Shown here: piece by piece, positions 55,110 to 64,000 of the stretch
Position numbering within the stretch: position 1 is the stretch's first letter
How the letters are laid out: each line of letters starts with the position of its first letter
Sequence record: PV764601.1
Strand: one strand, 5' to 3'
DNA length: 64,000 nt
The notes under the pieces: model-generated
The model's database searches: none
What the model saw: the letters and a program-made list of their open reading frames with translations, nothing else
What the model was told of the DNA's origin: nothing
Translations under genes and position numbers: made by a program

Positions 55110-55532
55110 TCACGGCAGCGATCCAGACACCAAGATTAGCCCGGTTTTAGGATCGTTACCGGCTACTATGTAGCCTTCACACTTGAGGTCCACTACGGCC
55201 TCAGTACCAGCCTCGATGGTGGCAACCCGCTCCCACCGAAAAGCGCCATTAGGGGCCATCACAGCAATCATGTTGGCACCAACATTCTTAGCCAGCGCTG
55301 TCTGTCCGCTATAGACAGGGAGGCGACTTTGGGCAGCCACCACAACGGAAGCGCCGGAGGCAGTTGTGATGGTTACTACTTCTGCACTGCGCAGGACCCG
55401 ATTTGAGACGGTTCCTTTCAGGCGGATGACCGAGTGTAGATCGTCCACCGCATATACGTCGAGAGTCCTCCCAATGGAGAGCTCTCCGACAGGTACACCT
55501 ACTTCTGAGAGTTGGTCAGAACCAATCATCAC
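55110..55532 (-). CDS. Free-standing degenerate Hint (intein-like) domain protein
   Basis: VGELSIG, VVTITTASGASVVV, WERVATIE...VVDL..EGYIVAG; no N-terminal Cys and no terminal HN. Confidence 0.6.
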   Translation of the reverse strand: MMIGSDQLSEVGVPVGELSIGRTLDVYAVDDLHSVIRLKGTVSNRVLRSAEVVTITTASGASVVVAAQSRLPVYSGQTALAKNVGANMIAVMAPNGAFRWERVATIEAGTEAVVDLKCEGYIVAGNDPKTGLILVSGSLP

Positions 55533-56920
55533 ATCTTCTGCTGGTTGTTGTTGTGGGTGTAGATATAGCGGCCCGGCAACTCACCGGCAGCATAGCTCTG
55601 TCCACCGCAGTTGATGAGCATCACTTCCCGGTTGCCAACCTCCTCGATCTTGACGATGGTTTCCCACTCAGGATCAGCCGCGAAGAATCGTACCGGAAGC
55701 TTGATACCTGCTCGTGCTTCGCCTGCCAGCACGCAATCTCCGTTCTGTAGGGTCAGCGGCGTGGACTTTGAGCACACAAGGGTGACGCCACTCTTTGAGT
55801 AGAGTCGGACACACGGTTGCACTTGACGACGCACACTCAGGACGTGTAGCTCCATAAATTGCAGATCATCCGTCATACCCATGAGGTAGTCGCCTGCCTC
55901 AACAGTGCCTGCGGTCTTTTGGAAGTCAACATAGCTGGTAGCAGCAACGCAACCACCGCCACCACCGCCACCACCGCCGCCGACGCTACCACCCGTCCAA
56001 TTCCATGCGTTCCATCGAATCTCATTGGCCATCAAGCACGTGGCACCTACACGCTGACCACCACCGGGTGTCTGAATGTACACCGAAAAGTTGGCTCGGT
56101 TGTACCATGACAGAGCGCCGTTGTCGTCGTAGTTCCAACGAACGTTGTTGCGTCCCTGTGCAGTCAAGCCAAGGGTGAACCGAATGTCGCGGTCGATGCG
56201 GTATACCCGACCGTCAGGAATGTCTTCGTTGGGGTTCTGTGTAGTGTTCTGCACCACGTATGGATCACTAGCACTACCGAACTGTCCTTGGCCCTTAAAG
56301 TTGTGCCAGATATAGTTGATGAGTGCAGCATCATACCGATTATAGTGATCGGCAGTACCCCAATCTAGATCAGGTGGGTTCTTGCTTTCGTATGGAGCCC
56401 AAGGAGCGTGGCAGAAAGTCTCGTAGTTGTTACCCACACCAGCGAACGGAATCTGTGCCCAGTTACCGGCGGCGTTCATGCGTCCGTTGCTGAAGTTGGT
56501 TTCGGTTCGAGGGATGCCACGATTAGGAGGTGCATATGCACCCGGGCTATCCGTCTTGTAGTTGGTGGAATAGAACCACTGCTGCCACGTACCGTCGTTC
56601 TTGATGATGATGGTGCATCGAGCAGCGAGAAGATCGTTGATGGTAACGCCAGAGCAGCCCACGTAGCAATTTGGGATAGAGATACCTTGCAGGTAGCCTG
56701 CTGTACCTCGGGCTGCGTAAATCTGATTCAGGTCTACCTGATTCTGCGCAAGGATCGCCGTGGATGGAGCTTGCCTGCCATACTGCAAAGGAGCGTACCG
56801 ATCGTAGGTGTCTTGCGTGTTGTTGATGAGGATGCCGGTGTAACCATACCACCGAGTTGTACCCGGAAAGTATGGATCGAACGTGTCATCAAGAGTTTGA
56901 TTCTGAGGGGTGATCCACAT
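55529..56920 (-). CDS. Tail-associated protein with poly-Gly linker and C-terminal Hint domain
   Basis: GGGGGGGGGG-CVAATSYV...WETIVKIEEVG...YAAG...IYTHN; N-terminal DLNQIYAARGTA motif. Confidence 0.8.
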   Translation of the reverse strand: MWITPQNQTLDDTFDPYFPGTTRWYGYTGILINNTQDTYDRYAPLQYGRQAPSTAILAQNQVDLNQIYAARGTAGYLQGISIPNCYVGCSGVTINDLLAARCTIIIKNDGTWQQWFYSTNYKTDSPGAYAPPNRGIPRTETNFSNGRMNAAGNWAQIPFAGVGNNYETFCHAPWAPYESKNPPDLDWGTADHYNRYDAALINYIWHNFKGQGQFGSASDPYVVQNTTQNPNEDIPDGRVYRIDRDIRFTLGLTAQGRNNVRWNYDDNGALSWYNRANFSVYIQTPGGGQRVGATCLMANEIRWNAWNWTGGSVGGGGGGGGGGCVAATSYVDFQKTAGTVEAGDYLMGMTDDLQFMELHVLSVRRQVQPCVRLYSKSGVTLVCSKSTPLTLQNGDCVLAGEARAGIKLPVRFFAADPEWETIVKIEEVGNREVMLINCGGQSYAAGELPGRYIYTHNNNQQKM

Positions 56921-56962
56921 AGCCTCTACCTAAAAAGGAGCACGTCCCTGTGCCCAATGTCC

Positions 56963-59248
56963 TTAGAGAGAATCCAACCGTTCGCGCAGCTGCTTCACTT
57001 CCTCTTCCAGATTTTCGTTCTTGCGAATCAGAATCTGAATGTCGGCTTCGTGATTGTTCTGCACTTCAAGGATATGGAAGAGAGCTTCGTGATGGTACAG
57101 AGCTACCTTCGGGTAGTACAGCTGCCAGAAGTCAGCACCCTTGTCGTAGTGGGCTAGGAATCTAGTGGTCTTGAAGATGCTCTGCGCACCAAACGCAATA
57201 TCCTCCTCGCCGGTGTGCTTCCACTTGACGTGCTTGACTCGCTGCTCACGGATGAACCGAAGAGCGTCAGACAGGTCGAGTACCTTACCGAATTCCTTCA
57301 TGCGTTCGTCCGACGCCGAACCGATGGTACCGTTCGGGTTGATGAAGGCAAGGAAGACCTGACCACCGCCATCACTGTTCATCTGACGGAACTTGAAGCC
57401 GCCCGTACCACCGCCGCGTGCGTTAGTCAGGACCGTTGCGCCATCACCGTAGTCGTTCCAACTAGGGAGGAAACCCTGGCCATAGGCAATACAGTTTGCA
57501 TAGATGTGCAGGCGAGCGCCACGGAAAGCACCCGGGGCAAACACGTCATTGGAGAAGTTGCCGTTAGCGCCAACAACGTTACCCGAAGTGATGATGCCGC
57601 TACCGCTCGCCACGTTCAGACCACCATTGATGGTAGTCTGACCGTTGATGGTACCCGCACCATTGAACGTGAACGCCTTGCTGTTCTTGTCCAGTGAGAA
57701 AGCACTACCCTTACTGATACTGTACCAGCCAAGTCCCGTAGGACTGGAATACAAATACCAGTCGTCGAAGGTATTGCTAATACGCGATTCCCCATACGTG
57801 CCGTTACCCAGCAGTATGGAGCCAGTAGTGATGGTCAGTGGGCCCGCCATCGAAGCAGCGCCCGAAACGTTCATCGTACCGTTGACGTTCAGTGCAGGCA
57901 GCGCGATGGACTGCGCGTTGATAGTCATTGCACCACGACCCGTGGTCGCTGCGCCGCCCGTAACAGAAATGGTAGCAGCAGGACCGTTGGGACTGGCCGA
58001 GGTACCGAAGTTCAGGGTGGACGTTGCATCCGCAGTCGTGCCAACGGACAAGGCAGTACGTACAGTGATCGGGGACTGGATGGTATCACCGCCTGCGATC
58101 TTGACGTAATCGCCAAGCGAGAAATCTGCTTGGGTATACAGCTTAGTCCATGCAGACCAACCCGAAGCACCTACGTTGCGTCGCACATACAGGGCAGGTG
58201 CGGTGCCATTGGTGACATAAGCCGTCTGCACCAGCGAAGCACCAGCCACAGGGTTAAAGTTGTTGCCACCCGCACTGTGCATGGTTTGCACAACACCCGT
58301 CGAACCTGCAACAGGAGCCTGTGCGGCGCCCGATGCCCACTGGTTGAAATACCCCTGAGCGTTGTTAAGGTTGTTGATCGCAGTGTAAGCCGAATCCATC
58401 CAAGAACCATTCTGACCCTTGGTAACACGGGTGTCAGGATCGAAGTTGAGGCTATGCCAGATCGAGCCTGCTTGCGAGGAACCGCCGGGATTGTTCTCGA
58501 CCACAACGTCAGTAGCACGCAGTCGAATACGACGGAATACCTGAGCATCGTTGGTAGGACCAACGGTGAACTCGCCGCCATTAGGGCCGGAGATATACAG
58601 ACGATTGCTGCCGGTCGAAGAACCCGTAGCCGAATAGGTCAGTGCGTATTGACCAATCGTCAGAAGGTCGGTCAGCGAAGTCAGGGCGCCCGTATACGTC
58701 GCGCCAAAGGTCAGGGGCGAGAACAACGTCACCTTGGTGATGGCAGTCGAAGTGGCGTCGATGCGCATGGCATCGAGACCAATCGCATCACGTCCCACCT
58801 TGAACGAGATACCGTCAGAGCCCGGCTGGAAAGTGAACGTGTTGACTTTGCCTGCGCCAACGCCCTCCACGAACAAGGTGAACTTCGGACTCGCATTCGA
58901 GATCGTTAGACCGTTCGCACCGAACACGCTGATTTCTTTGAAGCGTCGGCCGAGGGGCATGTTGTTGGCGCCAAACGGCGACGCACGAACATTGATCTTC
59001 TGACCCGAGGCGAACAGGCCGTCGCTGACTGTCACCGTAGTGACGTTGGATGCGAATGTGACTGCACTGACGTAGCTGTACTGCATGGTAGCTACGGCGG
59101 ACGTGAGAATCTGAACCTGGGTACCTACCTCATACGAAGTTCGCTTGTCACCTTGGATGGTGAACCGATTTGCGGCTTGGTAGGTAGCTGCACTCCAATT
59201 ATTTCCGTATAGGATGTTGGAGAACAGTGTATCCTGATGGGTAATCAT
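56963..59248 (-). CDS. Long tail fibre with C-terminal peptidase S74 chaperone
   Basis: SASDERMK...FGAQSI followed by a terminal coiled coil; IWHSLNFDP fibre motif. Confidence 0.85.
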   Translation of the reverse strand: MITHQDTLFSNILYGNNWSAATYQAANRFTIQGDKRTSYEVGTQVQILTSAVATMQYSYVSAVTFASNVTTVTVSDGLFASGQKINVRASPFGANNMPLGRRFKEISVFGANGLTISNASPKFTLFVEGVGAGKVNTFTFQPGSDGISFKVGRDAIGLDAMRIDATSTAITKVTLFSPLTFGATYTGALTSLTDLLTIGQYALTYSATGSSTGSNRLYISGPNGGEFTVGPTNDAQVFRRIRLRATDVVVENNPGGSSQAGSIWHSLNFDPDTRVTKGQNGSWMDSAYTAINNLNNAQGYFNQWASGAAQAPVAGSTGVVQTMHSAGGNNFNPVAGASLVQTAYVTNGTAPALYVRRNVGASGWSAWTKLYTQADFSLGDYVKIAGGDTIQSPITVRTALSVGTTADATSTLNFGTSASPNGPAATISVTGGAATTGRGAMTINAQSIALPALNVNGTMNVSGAASMAGPLTITTGSILLGNGTYGESRISNTFDDWYLYSSPTGLGWYSISKGSAFSLDKNSKAFTFNGAGTINGQTTINGGLNVASGSGIITSGNVVGANGNFSNDVFAPGAFRGARLHIYANCIAYGQGFLPSWNDYGDGATVLTNARGGGTGGFKFRQMNSDGGGQVFLAFINPNGTIGSASDERMKEFGKVLDLSDALRFIREQRVKHVKWKHTGEEDIAFGAQSIFKTTRFLAHYDKGADFWQLYYPKVALYHHEALFHILEVQNNHEADIQILIRKNENLEEEVKQLRERLDSL

Positions 59249-59258
59249 CGGTCACCTC

Positions 59259-59606
59259 TTAGAACGCAACGACGTTGGAAGGCGCCGTGTACCCGATTGC
59301 GCTGAAATCTACAGTACCACTGAAGCTAGTGACTGCTACCGACTGGCCCGGCCCAAGAATCAGAGCACGAATGTCGATTGAGTGTCCCTGTTCACCTGCG
59401 GGTGCCAACTGAGCACCGCTCACAAGAGCAGTGGACGTGGAACCTGACCTCACCTTGACCGTTACAGTGGTAGAGCCGCTATCCGTGTTGCAGCAGGTAA
59501 TGCTGACAGAGGCACGTGCATCAGCAGGGCAAGTGTAGAGAACAGTCTCAGTTGCGCCTGAGGGCCTGATCTGACCGAGGACGCCGGAGGAAGGAGTGAA
59601 AGCCAT
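59259..59606 (-). CDS. Small structural beta-sandwich protein
   Basis: TVLYTCP...ITCCNTD...LILGPGQSV pattern of tail-associated proteins. Confidence 0.65.
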   Translation of the reverse strand: MAFTPSSGVLGQIRPSGATETVLYTCPADARASVSITCCNTDSGSTTVTVKVRSGSTSTALVSGAQLAPAGEQGHSIDIRALILGPGQSVAVTSFSGTVDFSAIGYTAPSNVVAF

Positions 59607-59618
59607 GTTGGGAAATCC

Positions 59619-60767
59619 TCAGTGGTGTTGGTTGTAATAGTTGATGGGCATTGCGTCTAGCATGTATTCGCCGATGTACTGACGAATGCCACTGAAAGAT
59701 GCGGCACGGTACACAGCGTAGGTAACGCCGTTCAGCGCATTGGAAGAGGTAGAGCCCGCCCACGAAAGCGTGGTATTCGGAGAATCCCTGTTGGGCGTAT
59801 ACGTCCACACCGCCGTGCCATCCGTAGTGGTGGCACCCGAAGTGCCAGTGTTCCACGTTGGCTGTGCAGTACCCGAAGTGCCAGCGGTAGTACACCTAAG
59901 TAGGACGTTGGGATTGTTGGTAGGCTGAATAACGTCACCCACGCGACGAACCACACTTGCAGCCCACACAGGGAAGGCTGTGATTTGGCGAACCTGACCT
60001 TTCAACGCACCACTGGTGAATTGCAGAATGTAGCGGCCCGGTGCAACGTAGATAGGCGACGTAGCCAGAGTCGCATCACTCAGAGTCTTGTCGCCCGATA
60101 CCTGCACAACACCTTCATGTACAATCCAGTCATACTGCTGGGACTGCCACAGGTCGGTGTCACGCTTCGTCATCAAGTTGCTGCGGTTGTATTCATCAAC
60201 CTGCAAAGAAATGGCGTTGTTGGTAGGGCTGGCCGAAGGGGGACTCATCACGTCAACGGTACCGACCGTGCGAATATCAGCCAGTGCGGTCGTGACATTC
60301 TGCACAGTGATGTTGGGCTTGACACCGTTCAGCTGGAAGCTGACCGTCATGTTGATGATGTTGCCCGTCTGACTCTGTGTGGTAGTCAGTTTGGTTTGCA
60401 GTTGAGGAAGAACTGCAATACCGAACATGACGTTGCCGGGCATGTAGAGTGCGACTTCACCAAACGAGAAGTCGCCCACGTCCAGACCTACCACTAGCGT
60501 GAACACGCCTGTGATACCATCAGCGGCGAGGTGGTAGTTACTGGGTACGGCACGCTGAGTACCAACTGGATAGCGTACCGTGCCGCGTAGCGCACTCTGC
60601 GAAGTAACGACGCTGTTGGCGCCCGGGTACACGGAGGACGGTGGAGGGGTGTATCCGTAATCGCTGCCTAGGGCGAACGACACGATTTGGATCATAGGTC
60701 CGTTAGGACTGGACGAGTTGGCAGCAGCGATGCCTGCCTCAGTGATGTAAAGTTGGGTCATGGTCAA
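59619..60767 (-). CDS. Baseplate/tail-collar fibre protein with a carbohydrate-binding-like module
   Basis: LYITEAGIAAA N-terminus; WAAS...VGD...LRCTTAGTSG.AQPTW...DGTAVW module. Confidence 0.7.
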   Translation of the reverse strand: MTMTQLYITEAGIAAANSSSPNGPMIQIVSFALGSDYGYTPPPSSVYPGANSVVTSQSALRGTVRYPVGTQRAVPSNYHLAADGITGVFTLVVGLDVGDFSFGEVALYMPGNVMFGIAVLPQLQTKLTTTQSQTGNIINMTVSFQLNGVKPNITVQNVTTALADIRTVGTVDVMSPPSASPTNNAISLQVDEYNRSNLMTKRDTDLWQSQQYDWIVHEGVVQVSGDKTLSDATLATSPIYVAPGRYILQFTSGALKGQVRQITAFPVWAASVVRRVGDVIQPTNNPNVLLRCTTAGTSGTAQPTWNTGTSGATTTDGTAVWTYTPNRDSPNTTLSWAGSTSSNALNGVTYAVYRAASFSGIRQYIGEYMLDAMPINYYNQHH

Positions 60768-62380
60768 GCCCTAGTGTTCATCGGAGTAATAGCTTCCACT
60801 TCCATCGGCGTATATACGCTAATCTGCACGTCACCTGCCAACTGTAGAACCGTAGGATCAAAGTTGACGTTGAGCACGAAGGACTGGATTACCAGTTCAA
60901 TTGGAGCGATGGTGTAGAAAAATGCAGCCAAGCTGTCTTGACCATTGAAATTATTCGAGACTGAGCCTCGGAACTTATCAACGTCGTAGACGATGTATAC
61001 GTGACTTGTTGGATACCAAGTGCCTGCCTGATTGTACGTTCCGCTCCAGCTGAGGCTCGCGCCAACGGGGAGCGGCGAAGACAGGGTGATACTCCGATTA
61101 TTGTTGGTAAAGGCGAAATCCGTGGTGGTTACTTCAACGCCGTAGGTCTTGATGAGGCGAGTCGCAGAGCTACCCTGCTCCAACTGAGCGCCCCACACCG
61201 TAACAGGATTGGTGTGGGTTAGGCCGGGCTGGATAGAGAGTCGAGCACCAACGCCAGTCGTACCCGTGTACTCAATGCGATACCAACCATCACCCAAGGA
61301 TTGCAGGACACTGGAGGCAAGACCACTGTATGCGGCCACGCGCATCTGAGTGCCCGTCCATTCCAAATCCGTTTGGCCCACTAGACTGATAACGTTGCTT
61401 GAGTCCACACTCCACAGAGCGTACCGAACCTTCTGTCCTGCGGTCAATCCCTCGGAGGATTGATAAACGCTACAGGTCACAGGGCCGGGCGTCACTGCGC
61501 TACCATCAAGAAGCGAGCCTGCGTTAGCGCCGGTAGTCATAGGTTTGAGCACGCTGGCAGTCGCGCTACCGTCAGGTGCCGACGCCGAAGTGGTCTGCAC
61601 AATCAGGTTGGTGGGATTATCGTTGTACCAAGCAGAACTACCGATTTCAACACTACGCCTAATGCGGTTGGTGCGTGGCGTGTTGTATAGGCGCGTTTGC
61701 CCTGCCCAGTCAACGCGGTAGATCGTAGGGGTTCCCGAAACGCTGTCGATGGTGGAGTTCATCACCATCAGGGGGAACACAGTCTGAGCACCATCGCCTG
61801 TACCGAATGGGACCACGTTGGCAGTGGCATTTACTGCGGACTCCCATACAGGGCGACCAATCAGCGGACTACCCTCGGGGACGAACACCTTGTAGTCCTG
61901 CGTCCACAGGTATTGCATTTGAAGCTGGGCGTTAACGACATAGCTCATGTACTGAATGAAGAAGCGGTTGCCCTTCTCACCCCAAAATTGCGGAGTATGA
62001 CGAACGAACCGCTTCAAATCATCAATGTCAAACACGTCGTTTTGCTTGTACTTGAATCCGATTGCACCAATGAGGTACAGGAGGGTACGGCGGTCAATAG
62101 CAGGATTCACCGAAGACGCATACGGGTCGTTCGTGCTCATCAGGCTTTCGATCTGCGTTGCAATCTCGCTGTTCATCACCTCATCGACGCTATCAGCGAA
62201 GTCTCGCCACACGTCAAGATCACGGAAACCTTCTGGCAGCATGATGCCCATCGTATCCACAACAACGCCATTCCCGTCCATCTTGCCATAGACTTGATGG
62301 AAGCCGTAGGTGATTAGTGGGTTGATGGATGAAGCATTAGGCAACAAGGTATTCGGATCATCGCCGTTATAGATAGTCAT
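60764..62380 (-). CDS. Baseplate wedge protein (P2 gpI-like) with inserted beta-sandwich
   Basis: FWGEKG...MQYLWT N-part and YPTSHV...FFYTIAPI C-part flank a TNRIRRS...VWGAQLE insert. Confidence 0.6.
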   Translation of the reverse strand: MTIYNGDDPNTLLPNASSINPLITYGFHQVYGKMDGNGVVVDTMGIMLPEGFRDLDVWRDFADSVDEVMNSEIATQIESLMSTNDPYASSVNPAIDRRTLLYLIGAIGFKYKQNDVFDIDDLKRFVRHTPQFWGEKGNRFFIQYMSYVVNAQLQMQYLWTQDYKVFVPEGSPLIGRPVWESAVNATANVVPFGTGDGAQTVFPLMVMNSTIDSVSGTPTIYRVDWAGQTRLYNTPRTNRIRRSVEIGSSAWYNDNPTNLIVQTTSASAPDGSATASVLKPMTTGANAGSLLDGSAVTPGPVTCSVYQSSEGLTAGQKVRYALWSVDSSNVISLVGQTDLEWTGTQMRVAAYSGLASSVLQSLGDGWYRIEYTGTTGVGARLSIQPGLTHTNPVTVWGAQLEQGSSATRLIKTYGVEVTTTDFAFTNNNRSITLSSPLPVGASLSWSGTYNQAGTWYPTSHVYIVYDVDKFRGSVSNNFNGQDSLAAFFYTIAPIELVIQSFVLNVNFDPTVLQLAGDVQISVYTPMEVEAITPMNTRA

Positions 62381-63999
62381 CAGACACCTACGCGATCAGT
62401 GAACGCCACCTGCAAGTTCGTATTGTTGAGGGTAACGTAAGAGATACCCGCAGTGTTGATCTTGTTGACAGCAGCGCCAGTAGTAACAGAACCCGTGTCC
62501 AAGAATTCAAGCGCAGAAGATGCGCTGACCGTGGCAAGCAGGAACATTTCTTGGGAAGCAGTGCGCCCGTACACCTTGTATTGCACAGCACCTGCCACTG
62601 CATTCCACTTGATACGTGCGGCGTTGTTCGTTCCCGTCAGCGTCACCGCACCATTCACCGAAGCGAACGTTTCTTGCACAGGGCTGAGATTGGAGACAGC
62701 AGACACCGAATAGATGTACGTACCGTTGGGGAGCGTACCGCCAGTAGCCGGAGTAACAGTAGGGGCCTGCGGTGCGTTGATCTTACAGATAACGTCAGCG
62801 GTGGGTGAAGTCAGGGTAACGTGGTCAACGTAAGGGTCCGAAGTACGGATGGAGTCAATAAGGTCGTCCACGTACAGATCGCGACCCAAGTAACCTTGGC
62901 GTGCAGTGAACAGTTTGGCAACTGCTGCGCGCGCCTTGGCCAAGATGGAATCCGGATCGCCCTGACCAGTGATGTAGATGGTGCCCGCAACGTCTACTGC
63001 AATTTGCTTGGCGGTTTGGCGGACGTACTCAAGGGGCATCGAGCGAGGCTGCCACCACTTGAGGAAGTCCGTGTACTGCGTAGCAGAAATCTGAGAACCC
63101 GTATCCATCAGAACGTAGGTGTAGACAACGTTCATGAATTCCTTGAGATTCGGAGCAATGTCCTTCTGACCAAGGAAGATGGCATCGACAACGCCGGGAT
63201 ACTTCGTAGCAATAGCAGGCATGTCTGGAATAGCAACCGCGCGCTCGTAGGACGCGTAGATCAACGGACTATCGCGGTACTGCTCTGCGTCAAGTTCGTC
63301 AGTACCTCCGGTGAGTGGAGTAAGCGCGCTGCCAGTGAACTCAACACCGTTGGCCGAGTACGTGATGCGCTGATTCTCAAACTGTACGTTGTTGCCGGAG
63401 GTACCATTGGTCACAGCATAGGACACAAGAATCTGCGCACCACGCTGAGGGATCATGCCGAACTGAGTGTTACCGAACTCAAGCAGAAGCTCGCCCGTAG
63501 GCAGCGTGTTGTCCGATACCACGTAGTTAGGATCGCCACTGTTCGTGATGGGGTAGTGCCAGATGCCATCAGTCACCACTTGCAGCGGACGGCCACTGAC
63601 AGTGACCCGCACGTCCATGTTGCTGATGGTGAAGCCGGGGACAGATACAACGATCATCTGACTGTCAGCACCTTGACCCGTGTACGAAACCTGAGTGATA
63701 AAGCCTTCGTACAAGTCGAATTCAGCGGAGAGGGTACCGACGGGGAACAGTATGGCAGAGCGGTTGAACAGAGACACACCCGGCGCTTGGAAGGCCGAGA
63801 ACTCAGGGATCAGGACGGACGTGGCTGCGGTGGCTCGCGTGAGCCGTACCCGAGTCTGTGCAGGGGACTTGCGCGTCAGACGGACACCGAGCCGACGCGC
63901 AGACGCCCGCAGGCTCGAAGGCATACGGGCGGTCTGAGGGAACGTTTCTTCAAAGCTGTTCTGCACACCGGTTTGCAGGAACGCAGTGGCGGCGGCCAC
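62380..63999 (-). CDS. Baseplate wedge/J-like protein (T4 gp6-like), 5' end outside the window
   Basis: ARRLGV..RK.PA, LEFGN..FG.IP, GGTDE...YR, RAVAIPD, YPGVVDA. Confidence 0.85.
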   Translation of the reverse strand: MAAATAFLQTGVQNSFEETFPQTARMPSSLRASARRLGVRLTRKSPAQTRVRLTRATAATSVLIPEFSAFQAPGVSLFNRSAILFPVGTLSAEFDLYEGFITQVSYTGQGADSQMIVVSVPGFTISNMDVRVTVSGRPLQVVTDGIWHYPITNSGDPNYVVSDNTLPTGELLLEFGNTQFGMIPQRGAQILVSYAVTNGTSGNNVQFENQRITYSANGVEFTGSALTPLTGGTDELDAEQYRDSPLIYASYERAVAIPDMPAIATKYPGVVDAIFLGQKDIAPNLKEFMNVVYTYVLMDTGSQISATQYTDFLKWWQPRSMPLEYVRQTAKQIAVDVAGTIYITGQGDPDSILAKARAAVAKLFTARQGYLGRDLYVDDLIDSIRTSDPYVDHVTLTSPTADVICKINAPQAPTVTPATGGTLPNGTYIYSVSAVSNLSPVQETFASVNGAVTLTGTNNAARIKWNAVAGAVQYKVYGRTASQEMFLLATVSASSALEFLDTGSVTTGAAVNKINTAGISYVTLNNTNLQVAFTDRVGV

Positions 64000-64000
64000 G

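Noticed and set aside
55960-55990. ACC/GCC microsatellite-like run
   Set aside because: It simply encodes the poly-Gly linker; no evidence of a phase-variable tract
25668-59248. Diversity-generating retroelement or shufflon acting on fibre genes
   Set aside because: No reverse transcriptase or invertase in the window, and no near-identical nucleotide repeat pair seen by eye; a self dot-plot would settle it
1-64000. CRISPR array, tRNA, rRNA
   Set aside because: No regularly spaced repeat-spacer units, no cloverleaf or T-loop signature; intergenic gaps are at most about 160 nt
1-64000. Stop-codon reassignment
   Set aside because: All recognisable enzymes are full length in the standard code, and TAA, TGA and TAG all end genes with coupled overlaps

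Overview
A densely coding, almost entirely minus-strand segment of a large (jumbo-type) contractile-tailed dsDNA phage, moderately GC-rich. The gene set resembles Lu11/PaBG/RSL1-like myoviruses; this is an inference from gene content, not a database result. In coordinate order: terminase large subunit with a LAGLIDADG intein; a replication and nucleotide block (DnaB with a probable ATT start, degenerate loader, SF2 helicase, FolE, beta clamp, DHFR, QueE, family A polymerase with a UDG-like N-terminus); a block of virion and probable head-cargo genes (giant SNF2 ATPase, HNH, Acb1-like 2H phosphoesterase, fibres, topoisomerase IB next to a SprT-like protease, His-rich modular proteins sharing an E-T-A motif); one short plus-strand operon (Zn-ribbon/RuvC fusion); and a lysis/tail block (split transglutaminase-like peptidase, tailspike, spanins, GH19 and degenerate GH108 muramidases, a Hint-domain tail protein plus an apparently dead free-standing Hint, an S74 fibre, baseplate). 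Two phage promoter-like motifs (CTGTAAA and YAATTTTA) and three CANGGANG hexaloop hairpins recur in intergenic DNA. No tRNA, rRNA, CRISPR array, reverse transcriptase or IS was seen. All product calls come from motif recognition by eye.
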